From contig JBFXDA010000014.1 in NCBI GenBank assembly GCA_050181585.1, forward strand, positions 42,714 through 106,713: 64,000 nt of DNA, in the 5' to 3' direction. Below, one piece after another: positions 60,204 through 64,000 of this stretch. The notes under the pieces are model-generated. The model was given only the letters and a program-made list of their open reading frames with translations, was not told where the DNA came from and ran no database searches. Position numbers and translations under genes: made by a program. The DNA comes from Reyranellaceae bacterium. Its GTDB lineage: Bacteria; Pseudomonadota; Alphaproteobacteria; Reyranellales; JAQSWP01. Position 1 is the first letter of the stretch. Every line of letters starts with the position of its first letter.

Positions 60204-61901
60204 ATGAGTGCGATCGCCGCCGACGCCACCGCCCGCGCCCCCGACAAGGTCCGCGACGATCGCTGGATCGCGGTGCTGGTGCTGCTGGCGATCGCCCTGT
60301 TCCTGGCGATCTTCTTCGTCGTGCCGCTGGGCGCGCTGCTGATCAGGAGCTTCACCGACGACGGCGACTTCGTCGGCCTGGCCAATTTCGCCGCCTATTT
60401 CTCGACCCCGGCGCTGTTCAATTCGCTGTGGAACAGCCTGTTCGTCGCCGCCGTCACCACCATCGTCTGCGTCACGCTGGCCTTCCTGTTCGCCTACGCG
60501 CTGACCCGCACCTGCATGCCGCTGGCGCGCGTCTTCCGCGCCATCGCCCAGATCCCGATCCTGGCGCCGTCGCTGCTGCCCGGCATCTCGCTGGTCTACC
60601 TGTTCGGCAACCAGGGCATGCTGAAGGAACTGCTGTTCGGCGCCTCGATCTACGGGCCGATCGGCATCGTCATCGGCGAGGTGTTCTACACCTTCCCGCA
60701 TGCGCTGATGATCCTGATCACCGCCCTGTCGCTGACCGACGCGCGGCTCTACGAGGCCGCCGACTCGCTGGGCGCCAGCCGCATCCGCACTTTCTTCACC
60801 GTCACCCTGCCCGGCGCCAAATACGGGCTGATCAGCGCCGTCTTCGTGGTGTTCACGCTCACCATCACCGATTTCGGCGTCCCCAAGGTGATCGGCGGCA
60901 AGTTCAACGTGCTGGCCACCGACATCTACAAGCAGGTCATCGGCCAGCAGAATTTCGAGATGGGCGCGGTGGTGGCCATCGTGCTGCTGGCGCCGGCGGT
61001 GCTGGCCTTCGTGGTCGACCGGCTGGTGGCGCGCAAGCAGATCGCCCAGCTTTCCGCCCGCGCCGTGCCCTACGCGCCGAAGCGGAATCCGGCCAAGGAC
61101 TGGAGCTTCTTCGCCTATTGCGTCGTGGTGTCGGTGGCGATCGCCGGCATCATCGGCATGGCCGGCGCGGCCTCCTTCATCAAGCTGTGGCCGTACAACC
61201 TGGCGCTGACCTTCGACAATTACCGCTTCGACCTGATGGACGGCGGCGGCTGGGCGGCCTACTACAACTCGATCGAGCTCGGCCTGTGGGTAGCGGTGGT
61301 CGGCACCTTCTTCATCTTCGCCGGCGCCTACATGGTGGAGAAGATACGCGGCCTCTACGCGCTGCGCGGGCTGGTGCAGTTCGCCGCCGTGCTGCCCATG
61401 GCGGTGCCCGGCCTGGCGCTGGGCCTGGGCTACATCTTCTTCTTCAACTATCCGGGCAACCCGCTGGGCTTCCTTTACGGCACCATGGCGATCCTGGTGC
61501 TGAACACGGTGGCGCATTTCTACACCGTGCCGCATCTGACGGCGGCGACGGCGCTGAAGCAGCTCGACCACGAATTCGAATCGGTGTCGCAATCGCTGAA
61601 AGTGCCGTTCTACGTCACCTTCGCCCGCGTCACCCTGCCGGTGTGCAGCCCCGCCCTGCTCGATATCGGCATCTATCTGTTCCTCAACGCCATGACCACG
61701 GCCTCCGCCGTCGTCTTCCTCTACGCGCCCGACACGGCGCTGGCCTCGATCGCGGTCCTGAACATGGACGACGCCGGCGACATCGCCCCGGCGGCGGCGA
61801 TGGCGATGATGATCGTCTACACCTCCGCGGTGCTGCGGCTGGGGCACGAGGGCATTTCGTTCCTGATCCTGCGCAAGGCGCAGGCGTGGCGGCGGCGGTA
61901 G
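60204..61901 (+). CDS. Putative 2-AEP ABC transporter fused permease
   Basis: P.LAPSLLPGISL.YLFGNQG, D.RLYEAA..LG, TDFGVPKVIGG, HFYTV.HLTA.TALKQLD.EFE. Confidence 0.88.
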   Translation: MSAIAADATARAPDKVRDDRWIAVLVLLAIALFLAIFFVVPLGALLIRSFTDDGDFVGLANFAAYFSTPALFNSLWNSLFVAAVTTIVCVTLAFLFAYALTRTCMPLARVFRAIAQIPILAPSLLPGISLVYLFGNQGMLKELLFGASIYGPIGIVIGEVFYTFPHALMILITALSLTDARLYEAADSLGASRIRTFFTVTLPGAKYGLISAVFVVFTLTITDFGVPKVIGGKFNVLATDIYKQVIGQQNFEMGAVVAIVLLAPAVLAFVVDRLVARKQIAQLSARAVPYAPKRNPAKDWSFFAYCVVVSVAIAGIIGMAGAASFIKLWPYNLALTFDNYRFDLMDGGGWAAYYNSIELGLWVAVVGTFFIFAGAYMVEKIRGLYALRGLVQFAAVLPMAVPGLALGLGYIFFFNYPGNPLGFLYGTMAILVLNTVAHFYTVPHLTAATALKQLDHEFESVSQSLKVPFYVTFARVTLPVCSPALLDIGIYLFLNAMTTASAVVFLYAPDTALASIAVLNMDDAGDIAPAAAMAMMIVYTSAVLRLGHEGISFLILRKAQAWRRR

Positions 61902-61919
61902 AGCACCGCCACACAACAG

Positions 61920-61999
61920 TCCTCATCCTGAGCCCGTCGAAGGATGAACTACACAGACGCCTGTGCAACCCTCATCCTTCGACGGGCTCAGGATGAGGA
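61920..61999. repeat. Palindromic family B element, solitary copy
   Basis: TCCTCATCCTGAGCCCGTCGAAGGATGA...TCATCCTTCGACGGGCTCAGGATGAGGA, perfect 28-bp inverted repeat between convergent genes. Confidence 0.92.
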
Positions 62000-62020
62000 A
62001 TTCAAACAGCGTGTCCTGTA

Positions 62021-62437
62021 TTACGCCGCCTTGCGTTCGATCACCGAGAAGATGCCGCTGGCGCGGGCGATGCGGCGGTCGCCGACCATGAGATAGCAAT
62101 TGGCGAAGCCCAGCCGCTTGCCGGTCTGCTGCACGTCGGTATGGGCGGCGAGCCAGTCGCCGACGCACGCCGTCGAGGCGAAGTCGATGGTGATCGACAC
62201 CGTGGCCAGATGCTGGTCCGGCCCGGCCATGCGGGCGCAGTTGTAGCCCAGCGCCAGATCGGCCAGCGTCGTCAGCAGCCCGCCATGGGCGATGCCGCGG
62301 CTGTTGGCGTGGCGCTCCTCGACGCGCAGGCCCAGCACCAGGCTGGCGCCGTCGGGCTTGCAGAACAGCGGGCCGACCATCTGCAGGAAGTTGCTGCTGC
62401 GCGGCAGCTTGCCGTAGCCGTCGGGGATGTCGCTCAT
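62021..62437 (-). CDS. PaaI family thioesterase
   Basis: HANSRGIAHGGLL.TLAD. Confidence 0.9.
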   Translation of the reverse strand: MSDIPDGYGKLPRSSNFLQMVGPLFCKPDGASLVLGLRVEERHANSRGIAHGGLLTTLADLALGYNCARMAGPDQHLATVSITIDFASTACVGDWLAAHTDVQQTGKRLGFANCYLMVGDRRIARASGIFSVIERKAA

Positions 62438-62507
62438 GGCAGCATCATGGCAGGCGCCGGTCTCGATGCCAGCGCAAGCTGCGCAACGAACTTTGCGCCG
62501 CAGGCAA

Positions 62508-63398
62508 CTAGGCGGCCGGCAACTGGCCCTTCAGCCAGCGGCGGAAAGTCGACAGCGCCTTGTCGCCGGCGTCGCGGCGGCGATAGAGCAGGTAATAGGC
62601 GTAAGGGATGTCGAGCGTCTGCTCGAACGGCGTCACCAGCCTTCCGTCGCGCAGGAAGGGATCGGCCAGCGCGTCGAAGGCGATGCCCACCCCCAGGCCG
62701 TTGGCGGCGGCTTCGTAGAGCATCTGCACCGAATCGAAGCGCGAGCCGCCGATATGCTTGAACGGCTCGACACCGGCGGCGGCGATCCACTGCCGCCACA
62801 GTCCGCGCGGCTGCATCAGGGTCAGCAGCTTGTGGTGGCGCAGGTCGTCGGGGGTGCGCAGCGCCTTGCGGCCCTGCAGCAGGGCGGGCGAGCAGACCGG
62901 CCGGCAGCGCATCGGCAGCAGCTTTTCGACCGCCACGCCCTGCCAGTCGCCGGTGCCGATGCGCACGGCGGCGTCGACCCGCTCGCTGTTGAAATCGACG
63001 GCTTGCGCGCCGGTGACGATCTCCAGGTCGATGCCGGGATGGCAGGCGTTGAAATCGGCCAGGCGCGGCATCAGCCACAGCGAGGCGAAGGACGGCAGCA
63101 GGTTCAGCCGCAGCCGCCGGCGCGGGCCGTGGCTGCGCAGCACCGCGCCCGCCGCCGACAGTTGCGCCAACGCCGGCTCGACCGCGGCCAGGTATTTCTG
63201 GCCGGCCGAGGTGAGCTGCAGGGAGCGATTGAGGCGATGGAACAGCGGCGCGCCGACCGCGTGCTCCAGCGCCGCCACGCGCCGGCTGATCGCCGAGGTC
63301 GTCAGGTTCAGCTCGGTGGCGGCCGCCGTCAGGCTGCCGGTATGCGCGGCCGCGACGAAGGCCTCGATGGCGCCAAGCGGCGGCAGGCGCGCGGACAT
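62508..63398 (-). CDS. LysR family regulator, GcvA-like
   Basis: LPPL.A..AF..AA..GS...AA.EL.LT.SAISR, WL.PRL..F...HP. Confidence 0.92.
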   Translation of the reverse strand: MSARLPPLGAIEAFVAAAHTGSLTAAATELNLTTSAISRRVAALEHAVGAPLFHRLNRSLQLTSAGQKYLAAVEPALAQLSAAGAVLRSHGPRRRLRLNLLPSFASLWLMPRLADFNACHPGIDLEIVTGAQAVDFNSERVDAAVRIGTGDWQGVAVEKLLPMRCRPVCSPALLQGRKALRTPDDLRHHKLLTLMQPRGLWRQWIAAAGVEPFKHIGGSRFDSVQMLYEAAANGLGVGIAFDALADPFLRDGRLVTPFEQTLDIPYAYYLLYRRRDAGDKALSTFRRWLKGQLPAA

Positions 63399-63402
63399 GG
63401 GA

Positions 63403-64000
63403 TCAGCGGTTCACGTCCACCACGACGCGCCCGCGCACCTTGCCCTTCAGGATATCGACGGCCAGCCGCGGCACGTCGCCCAGCGCCGCCTCGACGGTCA
63501 TGGCGTCGAGCTTGTCGAGCGGCAGGTCGGTGGCCAGCCGGTTCCAGGCTTCCTGGCGCGGCTGCATCGGCAGCATCACCGAATCGATGCCATACATGGC
63601 GATGCCGCGCAGGATGAAAGGCATGATGTTGCCGGGGAAGGTCACGCCGCCGGCCAGCCCGCACACGGCGGCCGCACCCATGTACTTCACCTGCGCCAGG
63701 GCGCGCGCCAGCATCACGCCGGACACGGTGTCGACCACGCCGGCATAGCGTTCCGACAGCAGCGGCGCCTCGCCCGCCTCGGTCAGCGCCGCGCGCTCGA
63801 TGACCGAGGCCGCGCCCAGCCCCTTCAGGTAATCGGCCTCTTCCGGCCGGCCGGTGGCGGCGACCACCTGGTAGCCCAGCTTCTTCAGGATGGCGATGGC
63901 GACCGAGCCGACGCCGCCGGCCGCGCCCGTCACCAGGATCTCGCCGTCGGCCGGCTTGATGCCGTGCTTCTCTAGCGCCAGCACGCAGAGCATGGCGGTG
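63403..64000 (-). CDS. acuI: Acryloyl-CoA reductase AcuI/YhdH family MDR, C-terminal part (start outside window)
   Basis: TAMLCV.ALE.HG, VTGAAGGVGS, CGLAGG, PFILRG...GIDSV, G.VRGR.VV. Confidence 0.85.
   Translation of the reverse strand, partial: TAMLCVLALEKHGIKPADGEILVTGAAGGVGSVAIAILKKLGYQVVAATGRPEEADYLKGLGAASVIERAALTEAGEAPLLSERYAGVVDTVSGVMLARALAQVKYMGAAAVCGLAGGVTFPGNIMPFILRGIAMYGIDSVMLPMQPRQEAWNRLATDLPLDKLDAMTVEAALGDVPRLAVDILKGKVRGRVVVDVNR

Overview
High-GC alphaproteobacterial chromosome segment; the gene order dcd-murA-DUF2948-hisG-hisD-UPF0262-LMWPTP...infA-maf-rng-yacG-tRNA-Phe suggests a Rhodospirillales-like host (inference). The window holds about 70 CDS, tRNA-Phe(GAA), tRNA-Thr(GGT), two families of palindromic REP-like repeats (one as a ~181-bp tandem array) and a 14-bp promoter tandem repeat. 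No integrase, transposase, cas gene or rRNA was seen. Accessory content is mostly acyl-CoA catabolism. Most notable: (1) a phosphonate locus with a PhnZ-type HD oxygenase and a 2-AEP-type ABC transporter but no PhnW/X/Y/A/PhnY*, enclosing a Mo-oxidoreductase pair and flanked by an omega-transaminase; (2) a 3-sulfinopropanoyl-CoA desulfinase operon with a carboxyltransferase whose glycine motifs are rewritten; (3) MurA with the fosfomycin-target Cys replaced by Asp; (4) three exact sigma-EcfG promoters (GGAAC-N16/17-CGTT) before ligD-ku, a hemerythrin and an unannotated 77-aa ORF; (5) a fourfold-amplified AraC operator-like motif. All assignments come from motif recognition by eye, without database searches. 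Several starts were moved from the ORF track.
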